A stretch of 64,000 nucleotides of DNA from NCBI GenBank assembly GCA_963693365.1, contig CAVNZM010000011.1, positions 8,770,164 to 8,834,163 of the forward strand. The letters are read 5' to 3'. Source of the stretch: Amoebidium appalachense (Eukaryota > Protista > Ichthyosporea). Within the stretch, counting starts at the first letter, position 1. Every line of letters begins with the position of its first letter. The notes under the pieces are model-generated. The model did not search any database. It was not told the DNA's origin and worked only from the letters and a program-made list of their open reading frames with translations. Both the position numbers and the translations under genes were made by a program. Shown here in pieces: positions 19,129 to 57,243 of the stretch.

Positions 19129-21429
19129 CTACAGCAGCAGCTATACCGTCTGGTGTGTGTGAGACGGTATGATCTGGTTGGATTCATAAATAAGCATTGA
19201 CTATTTGAGAAGAAGTGTATGTGTGTATGTGTAGAATTTTGCGTTAAGGATGGCACCAGCATGCTAGCATCATCGTAGCAGAGTCACAGTGAAAACGATG
19301 CCTGCTTGTAGTTCAATGAGCCACTAAACCGGCCTGATAATCCTTTATGTTAAACCGGCCTGTGAATCCTTTATGTTTGTGCTAATCATTTGTATCAAGG
19401 TATCTACACTGGGAGGCCTTGTAATAAATACATCTACGCATTTTTTACAGCAGGCTGTGAAATTAGGGGGTTTAGGGCCAGAAAATAGCCCCTGAAAGTC
19501 CGAAAAGTTTTTCTTTTGACTCGGGTTTATTGATCCGTTGATGAAGGCAACGTGCAGCCACAGGCTACATAACCACCATTAATAGAACTGAAAAAGCCAA
19601 AGCTACGAAATAAAAATAAAGCGACAAGTGACAAAGGACACCAGCGGGCAAAACCTTAAGTGTACGTGTATGCGTGAAACTAGTTTGCTCCAACTAGTCA
19701 TATGCATCGATGTTGACCAGACCACACTCCGCAAGAAGACATCATTACTGCTGCCTCCCAACAGGCCCCCCTCAAAACCTACCGAGGCACAGCAAGCAAG
19801 TCAGCCTCTAAAAGAGCAATGCAGACCAAATCTGAGCTAAATAACAATCTCAACGGGCCCGGCCCCTAGATAACCCGGAGAAACTGCATCTAGCTCTCTG
19901 ATAAGGTGGCCTAGTTGTGGGCAGGACACACAGAAAAACACAATTACAGAATGCATTACCATACCACTTACCAAAATGGCACCAGCCAAAAACAAATTTC
20001 ACACCCTGTTTTACAGGTCATATGATAGCTTACTTCTGATAGTAAGAAACTATAATAAACCAAAAGGAAATGGCATTGTTTTCCAAACCCATCTCCGTGT
20101 TACCTCCCGGGAAAACCTCTGGTCAGAAACGTTTCAAACACTCGTAGTAACAAACAGAAAAAGTTGGTGCGTTCTTGTGACCAGGCTGTGATATTATGGT
20201 GACTATGGTAACCAAACTGTCCAAAAAAAACCGAAAAGCATCTCTAACCCTTTAAGCGTAATAATTATTTTACACTAATTTACCAGCCAAGATTCATGTA
20301 TGTAGGGTATAAGAGAAACTCTGAAAGAAAACTAATAAAAGTGTCCCTAAACAAAATATATTTCATACCCAGCTTGCTGTGCTGCTGTGTGCATGAAAGG
20401 AATCTGATTGGCGTAGCGGTACATAATCCTATCAGTGACGTGCAACTAAGAGAAAAATGCCAAACTGTTCCCGCCCAAAGGCCAAACCCATATCATCCTG
20501 AATGAGGCTTTACTCTAGCTTATTGCATAAAAACCTGTGTTTTCATAACACAATGCTCTTACAGCTTTTTTCTGTAATAAATTTTTTCTTCTCTATATAC
20601 AGTATTGTGCGGTTCAAAAACTAATGAAAGAAGTAAGCGCTTCGAGATAGTATTTTATCTTAATTTATGGTGGATAGAAAAGTTTGAAAAATACCATGAA
20701 CCGGCTGAGCAATCGGAAAACATCTAGGAATGCGCAAGAAACCAACCAAAATGTCCGGATAGACTTGTTAATGGTGTGCGATTCTTGATTGTGATTGGCT
20801 AGAGCCTCCAGGCTGAATATTTCCGTTTGCAGCTTTTGCATTCAGCACTCTTGTAGTCTTGACGAAGTCTGTCTTTTACCCCTCTACCGTAGTAACCGTA
20901 CTTATCCTTATGGATAATTTTTAGCGAGGCTCTCTTCTGAATTTCTTGGTTATGATATATAGTGTTATAGTTCTCGCTATGCTCAGGTGCACCAGTAAAT
21001 AGGTGTTTCAATCAGACAACGGAAAGGAACGCCTTGTAACACATTATTTATCAAACCCACACCACAGCCGACTCAGGTGTTTACGGTGGATTCCCATAGT
21101 AACATAAGGTCTCTTCTGTAGCAGAAGACCCATAGATTTGCAAACAAGCAAACCAACTTTAGAACTGCAATTTAGGACCACTTCATTGGGTAACCCCGAG
21201 TTCACTTCTATCGTTGCTTCTCTGTTCACTTTTAAGCCAGCCACTCATAAGAAACTAGATCTTTCATCCGCCCCTTTACACAACACAATCGCCAATTTTT
21301 TTCCTGTCATACACAGCTCAATTAGCAAGTCTTTCCTGAAACCTCATGTGGGCTGTTGCCCACCCATTGCGCTACTAGTGCGCTCTTCCACACAACCACT
21401 TCCTGCAAGAAAACATATAACATGCAAAC

Positions 21430-23049
21430 ATGGCGTGGCTCCGACTGATCGTTTCACTTCTTGCACTGTTGAATTGTCAGGTCGAGGCGCGCGCGCGGTT
21501 TTCCCGCGCAGCTGACAACAACAGGTTAGACAGTCAGTACATTGTGCAGTTACGCAAAGATGCAACACCAGACGACTTACAGCAGCTCATTACATCGCTG
21601 AAAAAAAACAATGATGACCCCACCAAACCGGAAAATACGGCGCAGATTATTGCCATGTTCGACGTGATAAGAACCATTTCTGTTAGATTGTCCCCGGCGG
21701 AACTTGCACGGTTACGTGAGCTCCCATACATTGCCGAAATCCAGGAAGACAGAATACTTAGTATTGGAGTCATTGGTAATGTAAACTCCATGAATAATAA
21801 CGTTAGGAGGAGAAGGAGGAAGAGTGTTCGCAGACAACGGCGAGACGACAATCTGGATCTGGATGCGTTGATGAGAGTTGGCGGTAATAGTTTCACACCC
21901 ATCTCCTTGAACTTTCGCAGCTTTAATTCCGAGAGTGCAAACAGTGATTCGAATTCACCTCCTGCAAATTCACCTCTAGCCCAGAATGTGGCATATATCG
22001 ATTCAATTCCGGCTGAAGGCGTTGCAACTACCGACTCCATTCCTTCACAGAAAATCCAAGCCGCCGGATACGACGAAGAGGATAGTCTATTTTTAGGTCC
22101 GGTGCAGGTTCAGCAGGGGGACAGCCCCGTTTTGGTAACCAAACCAAAAACGGAAACCAAATCTCCGTTTGATATTGTCGATGAGGGGGATGATGGCGAG
22201 AGGACTCCAGAGCTGTGGGGGTTGGATAGGATCGACCAGAGGAAGTATGTTGGACTGCCCCACACACATGCGCGCACACGAAAATGCACACGTGTGTGTG
22301 TATGCGCGCACCCACCCATACGAACACAAACACACACATGCATATACACACGCGCATGCACATACATATACACACACTTGCGCGCACACACAAAAATACA
22401 CAAATACACACACACACAAGCACACAACACTAGAAGAAAAAAAGAAAAACAGGGAAAGAAGAAGGGAGGAAAGATTTTTTTAAGAAAAATAAATAATAAT
22501 AAAAAGAAAAAGAGAAAAAAGAAAGGGAAAAGAAGAGGAAGCTAAGAAAAAAACAAAAATGAAAATCACAGACATGGAGGGGGAAGAAAAAAACATGAAT
22601 TGAGAGGTAACAAATACACCGAATATACAAGATGGCACATCCCCATCCCATATATTCGCTGCTCCCCCCACTCCCCCCGAGTAGACACGCACACACCCAC
22701 ATTCAAAATATCAGACATAAACCACACAAACATGCACACAATTATACACACACGCCCACACACCACGTGTGTACGCGTACCCATACACACGACTCCCAAG
22801 GCTTATCCAAACACACACCAAGTACCAAGATCTGCTTTCGCAAACCCACATACACAGTCATAGCACATTTTTGCCGGGCAAAAAAAACCTGGATACAAAC
22901 CACACAAACATTAACCCAAATAGCACATAACCAACACACAACACTCACTCACTCACTCACTCACCCCCCCCCCCCCCCCCCCCCCCCCTCACCCCCCTCC
23001 TCGCCCCCTCTTTCTCTCTCTCCCCCTCTCCCCCCTTCCCCCTCTCCCT

Positions 23050-23096
<47 letters not shown>

Positions 23097-23471
23097 CTTC
23101 CCCTTGACAGCAGCGATTTCGAACCCGTAGGCACGGGCGCCGGTGTAGACATCTACATAGTAGACACAGGGTTGGAATTGGACCATCGGGAACTGAAAGG
23201 ACGTGCAGAGTTTTTCTTCAGCGCATATTCGGTGTCTGATGAGAGGAAAAACGACGAGCACGGGCATGGCACACACGTGGGTGCTGTTGCCGGTGGAAAT
23301 TTCGTATGGATCCTCCCCCCCCCCACCACCACCACCACCCACCCACCCTTTTCCTCCCCCCTCTTATTTGTGTACCCTCCCCCCCCCCCCCCCCCCCCCT
23401 CCCCCCCCCTGGTAGAATCTGCATTGCGTTCTCCGACGTGAATGGGTGCACAGTACTTTGAAAGTTTCACC

Positions 23472-23502
<31 letters not shown>

Positions 23503-24586
23503 AAATTCTCCTAGCTCTTCTCTAAAAAGAAGGGAGGGGGGGGGGGGGGGGAGGGGGGGGGAGGGGGGGGGGAGGGAGGGGGGGGGGGGGGGGGAGAAAG
23601 AGAAGAAGAAGAAAATACACATTTTGTGTCTGGAAACAAAAGAAGTGCTTGCTGCACAAGGGATCATGCCCGTTTAGTTTTTTCCCGCTCCCCTTTTTTT
23701 TCTATCTACATGTCTTTTTCGTTTTCCACGACATGCATGGCTTCTAACCAATTTTTCTCACCGTCATCTTAGGTTGGTGTTTCCCGCAACGCCACGCTCA
23801 AAGCCGTCCGCGTTCTAGACGCCTCCGGAAAGGGCTCGACCACGGCCCTTCTTGCCGGAGTAGTGCAAATCTACAAATTCATTGGCCAGCAAGTAGAAGC
23901 GGGTCGCGCTCGCCCCTCGGTGGTTTCAATGTCTTTAACGGACGAATTGGAATCGGGTGCTCTCGATGAATTAGTGCAAGAATTGACGAAGTTAAACGTC
24001 GCCGTGGTTGTTTCGGCGGGAAATATGGCGATGGATGCGTGCAACACGTCACCTAGGGGGAGTGCGAATGTTATTGCGGTGGGAGCGACGAATGTTAAAG
24101 ATGAGTTGGCGTCGTTTTCGAACTGGGGGAAGTGCGTGTCGATTTTGGCTCCTGGAGACGACATTTATTCTGGTAAGTTTGCGATGGTGTTTGTATATGA
24201 ATGTCTGTGAGTGGGTGGGTGTTTCTTTTTTCTTTTTCTTTTTCTTTTCTTTTTTTTTTTCGGGGGGGGGGGGGGGGTGTCGGTGTGGGCGTGTCTGTGT
24301 CCTGTGTGTTTACCCCATCTCTCTCTACAATCACACAAAGTTACACATACACACACACACACACACTCATTGGCATACGCACATGCACTAAACAGCCCAA
24401 ACAACTCACAAAATATCAGTTTTTTTCTCTTTTTTTTCTCTCTCTCTCTCTCTCCGAACCTACCTGTTGGTTATTGATTATTGGTTGATGAGAAGAAAAG
24501 GTGACCTACACTCAATGGGAGTTACCCCGTTTTCGTGGAGCCCCTGTAATAACTGTTGCACTCCCCACCTTCTCGATACACACGTG

Positions 24587-24663
<77 letters not shown>

Positions 24664-26129
24664 CGTGGAAAAACGGTGAATACAAGCGCCTTCGGGGCAC
24701 GAGCCAGTCTTGTCCTTACGTAAGTGGGGTGGTGGCAAACTATCTCTCCCTTAACCCTAGAGCCACCGTGACCGAGGTTCGAAACGCCATTCTGTCGGCG
24801 GCGACAATGGACGTAATTCAGTTGGGAAATCGCACCGAAACCAACAACCGGCTATTGTACAGTCTGTTTTCCAGTCCAAAAACCGGTGATTCGAACCCTG
24901 AAACCAAGAATGTTGATATTCCGGGATTGCAGCTGACGACGCTACCACTCATTCTGTTGAAACCCCCCGCGGTCTCACCGAATCCGGCACCAGGCATACA
25001 AACCCTTGTTCCCCAGCCGAATCTTTCGAGTATCCCGGCAAATTTACCGAATATCCCGATAAGTTTACCAAATATTCCGTTGAATGCACCGATTACCCCG
25101 TCAGTTTCCCCGAATAAGCCGGCAAATTCGCCGAATGTCCCCGCAGCCGTGCCCACCACGAGACAAATGATCAATGCGCCCGCTGTGCCAGCCCCCAACC
25201 CCGTAGATTCGCCAAATGCTCCCCAGAGTTTCGTGAGTTTCAACATTCCGGTAACTATACCAAATTCCCCGGCTATCACCCCGACCCCCACAGTTGTACG
25301 CACAGTGGTTTTACGACCAACACCCACCCCTACCGCCCCCTCACCCCAACAACCCGTCGTTACGCAAAGACCAATCCGAAGAGTCACCGTTACGTCATCT
25401 TACGGGTCAGACGGGCCGGGCCAACCCGAAACTGTGACCCTATCCCCTGCAGCGGCAGCTGCTCCGGTTACTTTGACGGTCCCTGCCGTTGTGGCTACGA
25501 TGCAGAATGTACCTGTGGTAACTGTAACCCCACCCCAACCAACACCCACATCCACGCCTGTTATGGTAAATTCCGTTACGGCTCATTCGTGCCCGAAAGT
25601 TGCCGATTTTCCTCTCCCGCGCAATCTCATACCTTGCAACAACCGAAGGAAAATGATCGCGGTGGACCAATTTAACTCGCGCGCGTGGAATATATCCAAT
25701 TACTATCCCGAAATGGTGTTTGAGAGGCATTATATTGCCCCGGACGGGAGTTTGGTTTTGTCTGTGCAAAGGAAGGAGGGGGTAGATATGTCTGTGCAAA
25801 GGAAGGAGGGGGTAGATAGGTATTTTGCGGTTCAGGTGGGACAAGTTTTGTCATTGTTGCCGCGTGGTTTGTACCGGCTTTCTTTAATCGCGAAAAGTAC
25901 TCGCAGAGATAGTTTGAGATTCTATTTGGATGAAGGAGAGCCTGATTTTGCACCAATAGGAGGGCTTAGAAATAACGTCACTGTTTCTGATGTGTGGGGT
26001 GTGCATCATTTTACGTTTTTGGTGACCAATGATATTCCAAATGTGCGAGCAATTGTCCAATTAGGAAGCGCGAGGGGATGGGTTTCGCTGTGTAGGTTAA
26101 GTCTAAGCAAGTGTTCGCTTTCGCTTTAA
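21430..26129 (+). CDS. Secreted proteinase K-like subtilase (S8A) with I9 propeptide, Pro/Thr-rich linker and C-terminal CBM4/9-like domain, 962 aa
   Basis: Exons 21430-22244, 23096-23303, 23773-24172 and 24664-26129 total 2889 nt. Signal-like N-terminus; I9-type QYIVQLRK...IAEIQED; WGLDRIDQRKLPLD; catalytic IVDTG, HGHGTHVG and GTSQS; oxyanion SAGN. Confidence 0.93.
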
Positions 26130-26250
26130 GAAATAGCCTAAAATAGGTTGAGTTATCATATATAGTGTAGTTTTTGCTGTATATGCACAATTTGTCTTTC
26201 TTTGGTTCTTTCGTAGATTCTTTTCTTTCAGTCTTTGTTTTTCCCCTTGT

Positions 26251-26438
26251 AGCCGGGGGCCAATGTATACAAGTCATGGATTTACTATAACCTACTGAGA
26301 TAGTTAAATTTCTTGCTGATTCTAACATTATAGTCTCATATTTCTGCCGGGGGCCAATGTATACAAGTCATGGAAGTACTATAACCTACTGAGATAGTTA
26401 AAATTTCTTGCTGATTCTAACATTATAGTCTCGTATTT
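26251..26438. repeat. ~95-bp tandem duplication downstream of the subtilase
   Basis: GCCGGGGGCCAATGTATACAAGTCATGGA...CATTATAGTCTC occurs twice in tandem. Confidence 0.9.
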
Positions 26439-26965
26439 CATACGTGTATATCTAGTGGTCAATATATCTATTGATATACTGGGCAGATAACCAGCTAAAT
26501 ATAGCAACACTTTCTCAGTCGACGTCATAGTTGACGAGTAAGTGCAAATCTATGAATTTCAAGTGCATGCACGGAGACCCCCCCCCCCCTCCCCCCCCGC
26601 GCCCGTGCATATATGTATTGAGGGTTGTAGTTCACATCTTGTATTATAAGTGACTAGTTTAACTAACGTATGGTAGATTATTCGGGTGTCGGTGGCCCCA
26701 GTGGTGGTGGTGGTGGAAGGCCAGGGAGGGTGTGTGTGTGTGTGTGTATGTGTGGCACCTGTGTGTGTGTGTGTCCATACGTGTGTGTGTGTGTAACATT
26801 TGGGGGCCGGGGTGGGGGAAGGGGCGCTGTTGTGGCCACTGAAAACACCACATATGATACTGATATTATAAACGTATATGTTTCGTGTCACTCGGATATC
26901 CAAGGTTCATTTGTTATTAGAAAGTAACGTTTCATTAGATAGCTGCTATATGCGCGCGTCTCTCG

Positions 26966-27123
<158 letters not shown>

Positions 27124-27193
27124 TCACACTCTCTCTAGATCTCCCCCCCCCCCCCCCCCCCCCCCCCCCCATTTCCCCCCCCTTCCCCCCCCC

Positions 27194-27229
<36 letters not shown>

Positions 27230-27975
27230 AAGAGTACATGCATCCACACATAGGCTGTGCACATCTGCCGTTCCACAATTCCACATTATGATCAATGCAC
27301 ATATTCATTCACGTGTAGTCACTCACGTGATTGCAAATGATCAGAGAGGAATATATACACAGTAGGCACAGCCTCATTTTGCAATTGAGCTTATCACATT
27401 GATTATACGAGCAAGTCAAAGAGCCGAGCCTTCGTTGTCACCATCACTGTATACATGATGTACCTTTCATAGTGTCTTTTCAAGGGTTTTTCTCTAATAC
27501 TATTGATTATAAAACAAATCCGATGTAAAGCACTGTGCGCCACAGGAATACTGCTAATTTAACAGTAGCCATGAGTTTGTCCCCATAAAATATCCGATTT
27601 CACATATTCAACGTGAGAAAAACATGCCATCACGCAATGAGGATTTGCCTTCACAGCGAAATTCGCTAACCACGAGGGGAAGAGGGGGGGAGGGGGAGGG
27701 GAGGGGGGGGGAGGATATGCTGTTTAATTTATCATACATGTATGTGAGCTGTGATGAGGTGCAAGCACCAAAGCCAAAAGTACTTCCACCCAACAAGAGA
27801 CAGCGAGTAGGAAAAAAATTAACAAGGTATAGATCATTATCGGTGGAGATATAACATTACAAGATATACATCATATGTGGGGATATAACAGTAGAAGATA
27901 TTCAGCATAAGCGGAGATAGTTGTCAGTTCTTTCTTTCCCAAAAAAAAAAAAAACCAAAAAAAAAACCCCACAGG

Positions 27976-28410
27976 CTACATATGATCCAAGCTCTTCCAA
28001 AACGGGATTTCCTCCGAGCCCATGGGGGGACCCTGCCTATAGCATGATATGGAATAGAACACAGGACACTTGCATATGGAACCCCCAAACAACTTGCAAG
28101 GTACGCTCTCGCACGTCTCCCCGCGCAGTGTTCCGGATTTTTCGGCTAAAATTCCGGTTTTTTTGAGGGGGCTGAACGTGTAGGCGCCCTTGTCGTATCC
28201 TTGCTGCTGGCAGAATTCATTGGCGACTGATCGGCCGCATCCGTCCTGTGGAGAAAAAAGAAAACAAAGGAAAGCAAGAAAAAAGGAGTGATCATTGGTA
28301 GGAAATGAACGGGAAAGCATGTGTGCGCCATGGGATGCATGATGGTACAATGAGAAGTGGTGTGGAACGGTGTCGACCGGCAAACACCGTGATGCTATTA
28401 TAATGTACAT

Positions 28411-28469
<59 letters not shown>

Positions 28470-28481
28470 CACGCGCGAGCG

Positions 28482-28525
<44 letters not shown>

Positions 28526-29960
28526 GCACGCGCGAGCGCACGCACACACACGCCCACGCGCGCACACACATACACAGACACACATATACGGTACCCGGAG
28601 GAATTTAATATACCACACACCATCATCATGATGAATCACAGTAGCTGTTACGCACCCTTGTGTACGCAAGGACATACGAGCTAACAAGCACATATACACA
28701 CCCAGATACAGAAGATACCCCCCCCCCCCCCCCCCCCCCCACACACACACACAAAAAAAAAAAAGCCCAGGAGCAATAATTAAGTGACTCGGCAGACCCA
28801 TGCATGCAAGCAGACGAACACATCTCAGTGACCAAACATGGCATGCACAGACACATACCCCATCTTCCCCCCCCCCCCCCCCCCCCTCCCCCTCCCCCCC
28901 CCCCCCCTCCCCTCCCCCTCCCGGGGGGGACGGCACACACACTATTTAAACATGCATGCGAACAGGTCACCCAGCTTACCTTGTTACCACCTGGCCCCGT
29001 CCAAGTTCCCTCGGGCACCGGGTCACCACAATATGCCAAAGGAACATCACCATCTAAACTTTGGCCCATCGGATTCCTGTAGACCCGCAGCGCATCTGGA
29101 TACTGGCACACCGAACCGCTGTAATGCTCCTGACAAACACATGTTGCGTGACCAAACTCCTCTCTGCACGTCCCTTTTCCGGAACATGGTTTCGGAAACT
29201 CGGGATCTTTCTCTGTGCGGTTCGTCACCATGCCCTGAGGGCATTGGTATTGGCATGTTTTCCCAACGAATTTTCCCCATTCGCAAATGCATTCCGCTTG
29301 GTCGGGTAATGCGTGGCACCTACCGCGACCGGAGCATACCAGCTCATGCTCTGATAAAGAGGAATCATTAACCCTTGCCATGGGGCACTCAAACTGACAG
29401 TTCTTTCCTACGAAGTCAGAATCACAAGAACACTGCCAAAAGAAGGTGCTTCCCTTGCAAGATCCATGTTCACAACCCCCGCATGCATGTGCACGTAGGC
29501 CTAGGTTTAGCATGACTAGAAATAGGGAAATTGTTGCAAGAAGAAAAATGCCACCCAAAACTGCACCTATCCACTCACACGAGAGTTCTTCCGTCCGTTC
29601 TTTGTTGTGGTCGACGTCACGGCTAGTGTTTGGAGCTCGACCGCGAGTCACAGTGTTGACGATGACTGGGGCAGGGCGATCACGAGTTCGCTGAGTTCGT
29701 TCTTGTGAAGATGCAATGTTTTCGGTGCGATGCGCTCTGTTCAAGGACCTATAGGAAGGAGGGGAAACACGTTGATCAAAGGTTTCCTCGCATGCATGGT
29801 TGTCCGCAAAGTTGGTACATGGGGGATGCAAGGATCCATAGGAAGGAGCTGGTGCTCAATGTTGATTGCACGTTTCCGTGCATGTTTGGTAAGCCCCTCT
29901 CAGAAGCGGGGCTCGTTCAAGTGACTCGTATGGCGGGGGAGGCTGCCCAACCGTGTCCAT
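27976..29960 (-). CDS. Type II membrane protein: PPxY-like cytoplasmic repeats, one TM helix, three EGF-like repeats, C-terminal Cys-rich domain; in-frame TGA at codon 35
   Basis: ATG at 29960 (aaaATGG), exon to 28980 (donor GTAAGC), exon 28245-27976. TM WIGAVLGGIFLLATISLFLVMLNL; EGF-like CEHGSC...CSCDSDFVGKNC, CSGRGRC...CICEWGKFVGKTC and CSGKGTC...CVCQEHYSGSVC. TGA at 29858-29856. Confidence 0.78.
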
Positions 29961-30243
29961 TTTACAAGTTTTGTGTGCACATTACTCTTCATCGGTTCAA
30001 CCATGTCGGAAAAATGGCGGGTTGGGGGGGGAGGAGCTGGGGGCAGCGTTTATGTTGATGCCACTGCTGTTGATGCGATGATTAGCTCTTGTATGCTGTG
30101 AATGTGTTAGTCTGCTCACTAGTGACGCAATTATTTCTGCTCTATATGACGGCAATGGCGTCCGTTCTAATTTTTTTTAGCCGAAACAAGGCTTTAAACT
30201 TTAGACTAACAGATTATACCAAAAAAAAAAAAAAAAAAAAAAT

Positions 30244-30320
<77 letters not shown>

Positions 30321-32722
30321 CGTCAAATAAAATTATTATAATTTTTTTTTTTTCAGCATGTCGCTTTTACTCAAGTTTCACCGAGACCATGAGAGAGAAT
30401 AATAGAGTTTTAAAATTTTCTATTGATACGTCTGGGACCCACCTCATTTGGCGGCGTAGCTACCCCCCCTCCCTCCCCCCCCCCCCCTCCCTCCCTCCCC
30501 CCTTCCCTCCCCCTCTGACTCTTTGTCCCCGAAGAGGGGGGGGGGGGGGGGGGGGGGGGAGGGGGGGGCATTCTCTTTTGTCTTTCTTGACTTTGATCAT
30601 TCTGTAAAGCATGCGCTAGCGCGAATTGTGAATAATCAGGCAGCTATGCTACACATTATCGTCTCTACGTAGCCGAGATAATGAGTTTTATTGTTTTTCA
30701 TGAGGATATATATACACGAGGCTTGTTGCTTGTGGTAAAAGTCAGGAAAAAAACAAACAAACAAACTCCTATGAGATACGGAGCAGCACCGCTGCAAAAA
30801 AACGGTTTTTTTTTGCGATTTCTCTGTACACGTATACCTAAGAGATAAACTATATCATTAGTGAAGAAATAATGCCGATGCGAGTATTTGACGAGCTATT
30901 CTGCAATTATGTGTACAGAGTAGAATCAAATATATCAGATAAATATATGAGACATACACGTATATTCAGGTATTGGTGATAATTAAAAAAAAAAGTCTAT
31001 TTATCATGATTCAACCTCGAGAAATTATAAACCCTAATACATTCTAATCATCGAGTACATTGTTAGCGAAGCCAAACTATAATCCAAAAACCACATTCAT
31101 GATGACTCAAACGGTTTGATTGTGTGTGTGTGTGTGTGTGCGTGTGTGCGTGTGTGTGCGTGTGTGCGTGCGTGTGTGTGTGTGTGTGTCATACTATATA
31201 CAATATTCACTTATCGGTAACCCTCTTTCTGCGACAGGCCGAGCCCCCCCCCCCCCCCCCCCCCCACCCACCCACCCAAACCCCAATCCCCCACAACCAA
31301 CCAAGCAACCAAGCAACCAAGCAACCAAAAAGAAAGGGGGAAAAAAAAAGAAAGAAAAAAAAAAGAAAGGAAGAAAAAAAGAAAAAGAAAGAGAAGTTCG
31401 GAAGAGCAAAGAAGAGATTGGAAAACGAACACAAGAAAAGGTGAAGGAAGAAGGAACGAAAAAAAAATAAAAAAATAAAAAAATAAAAGAAGCAAAAGGA
31501 AAAGGAGCTTTTTGAAGAAAGGGTACAAACATACAACCAACAACCCCACTGCTTGCGGTCGCACAATTCCATTGCCATATTTGTCAACTACATTACCATA
31601 TTTAGCAACCTTATTGCCATATTTAGCAATACTGCACCCACACCCATTCACCCTGCACCCCCGCCTGCCGCACGGCCACACATGCCACATTCTTAAAGCA
31701 AACCCCGACGAGAGGTTGCAGAGCTCTCTCTAATGATTTTTCATGATTGGCCGTTTGAGGTAGAAGAGAAGAGATTGTTGACGGTGACAACTGCAAAAAA
31801 GGAAAAATTAAGGTTATAAATTACCTAAAAATAGACTATTCCTATATTGTTTGTCTGTTTCATGATAAAAACCATGTAAAATGTACTATGAAAAGTTCGG
31901 ACAGGCTTCAAACCAAAAAAAACCATACAGTATTTCTACAAAATAGGGGATGAAACCGCAACGAGACGTACAAATCGCACTCGTTATCCTCACAGAAGTA
32001 GGCATACACACACACCACCCACTCAAAGGTACAAGTACAAACACACAAGCACACACGTGCAAAAGAAACAGAAATGCACACACGCTAACACAAAAACGTA
32101 CAACCACAGGCAACCCACCTCAACACGGACATCCCCCCCCCCCCCCCCCCCCCCCCCCCCCTTTCTTTTTTTTCTTTTTTTCTCTTTTCCCCCCCATATC
32201 ACTGAGATGCACACAGTAACCTACACAGCAATGCAAAATTCCACCAAGTTTTGCTGCCCATTCACTCACACATCTGGGTTTTTACCTGCGCACGTCACAC
32301 ACACACATAAAACTCAGACACAATCACCCACATGTGGAAGTACCCGCTCATGCTCGCCAAATGACGCCCACCCGACACTCACACAAACACACCCACTCCT
32401 CTCAAGCTATACACCAACCCCGATCCATCTCACACACCCCATCCATGCAAACACAATCCACCCATACAAGGGTAGGCCGAATATAAGAGTATGTGGATTT
32501 CGGCCGCAGCCAGCTAGAATCTTAATTTCAGACCCACCTAGCCCACAAGAACAAAAGGAAAAAATCTTAGTTTTCATATGTGCAATGGGGGCTAGCAAGC
32601 TACGATCTTTATTTTTTCCAAAATTCCGAGCGTTAGAATCTTATACTCTGAAAATCTTATATATAGCCTACCCCTTGTACCAATCCACCCACCGTACCCA
32701 TGCCTACCTGCCATATACAGCC

Positions 32723-32852
<130 letters not shown>

Positions 32853-32990
32853 ACCCAAAAACACTACTCACCAACATTTCCCCCCCTTCCCCCCCCCTCC
32901 GCGCCCCCTCCCCCCCCCCCCCCCCACCCTCTTCCTCCCTCCACCACCACCATCACCAAACACACACACACACACACACATACACCTCAC

Positions 32991-56775
<23,785 letters not shown>

Positions 56776-57243
56776 GTTGCCGAGCTTCTCTGAAGAAGCA
56801 TTTGCTCTGAAATAATGAGATACTACTTCACTTCGGGAGTAGCCTGAACATCACAGCACCTAACAGAGAAAATAAGGTGTGCGCTACACTAGCAAAAAAA
56901 AAAAAAGGTCTCTCTCGCTCCCTCGTCTCTGTCCCTCTCATTCTCTTTCTCTCGCTCTGTATCTCTCCCTCTCTTGTCTCTCTCCCTCCCTCCCTCCCTT
57001 CCCCCCTCCTGTCGAAATGGTTTTCGTGCTCTTTCTCTCTATATGTCTCTCTCACTCTCCCTGACCTGTTTTTTTCCTCGTTATTTCCTATTCCTCCCGC
57101 CTTCCACTTGTGATATCCACACACAACATGGGTTTTCTTGGGAAAAAGGTCTAGACTCCCCTATCTTTTTCCTCATGTCACAACTATATCCTTTTTTTTT
57201 TCTTTCAAGATTTTTTTTTCCCCCTCCTTCACTAGTACTTCTT

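Noticed and set aside
19300-21300. Short ORFs in the microsatellite-poor intergenic stretch
   Set aside because: No recognisable domains, splice pattern or terminal repeats that I could support.
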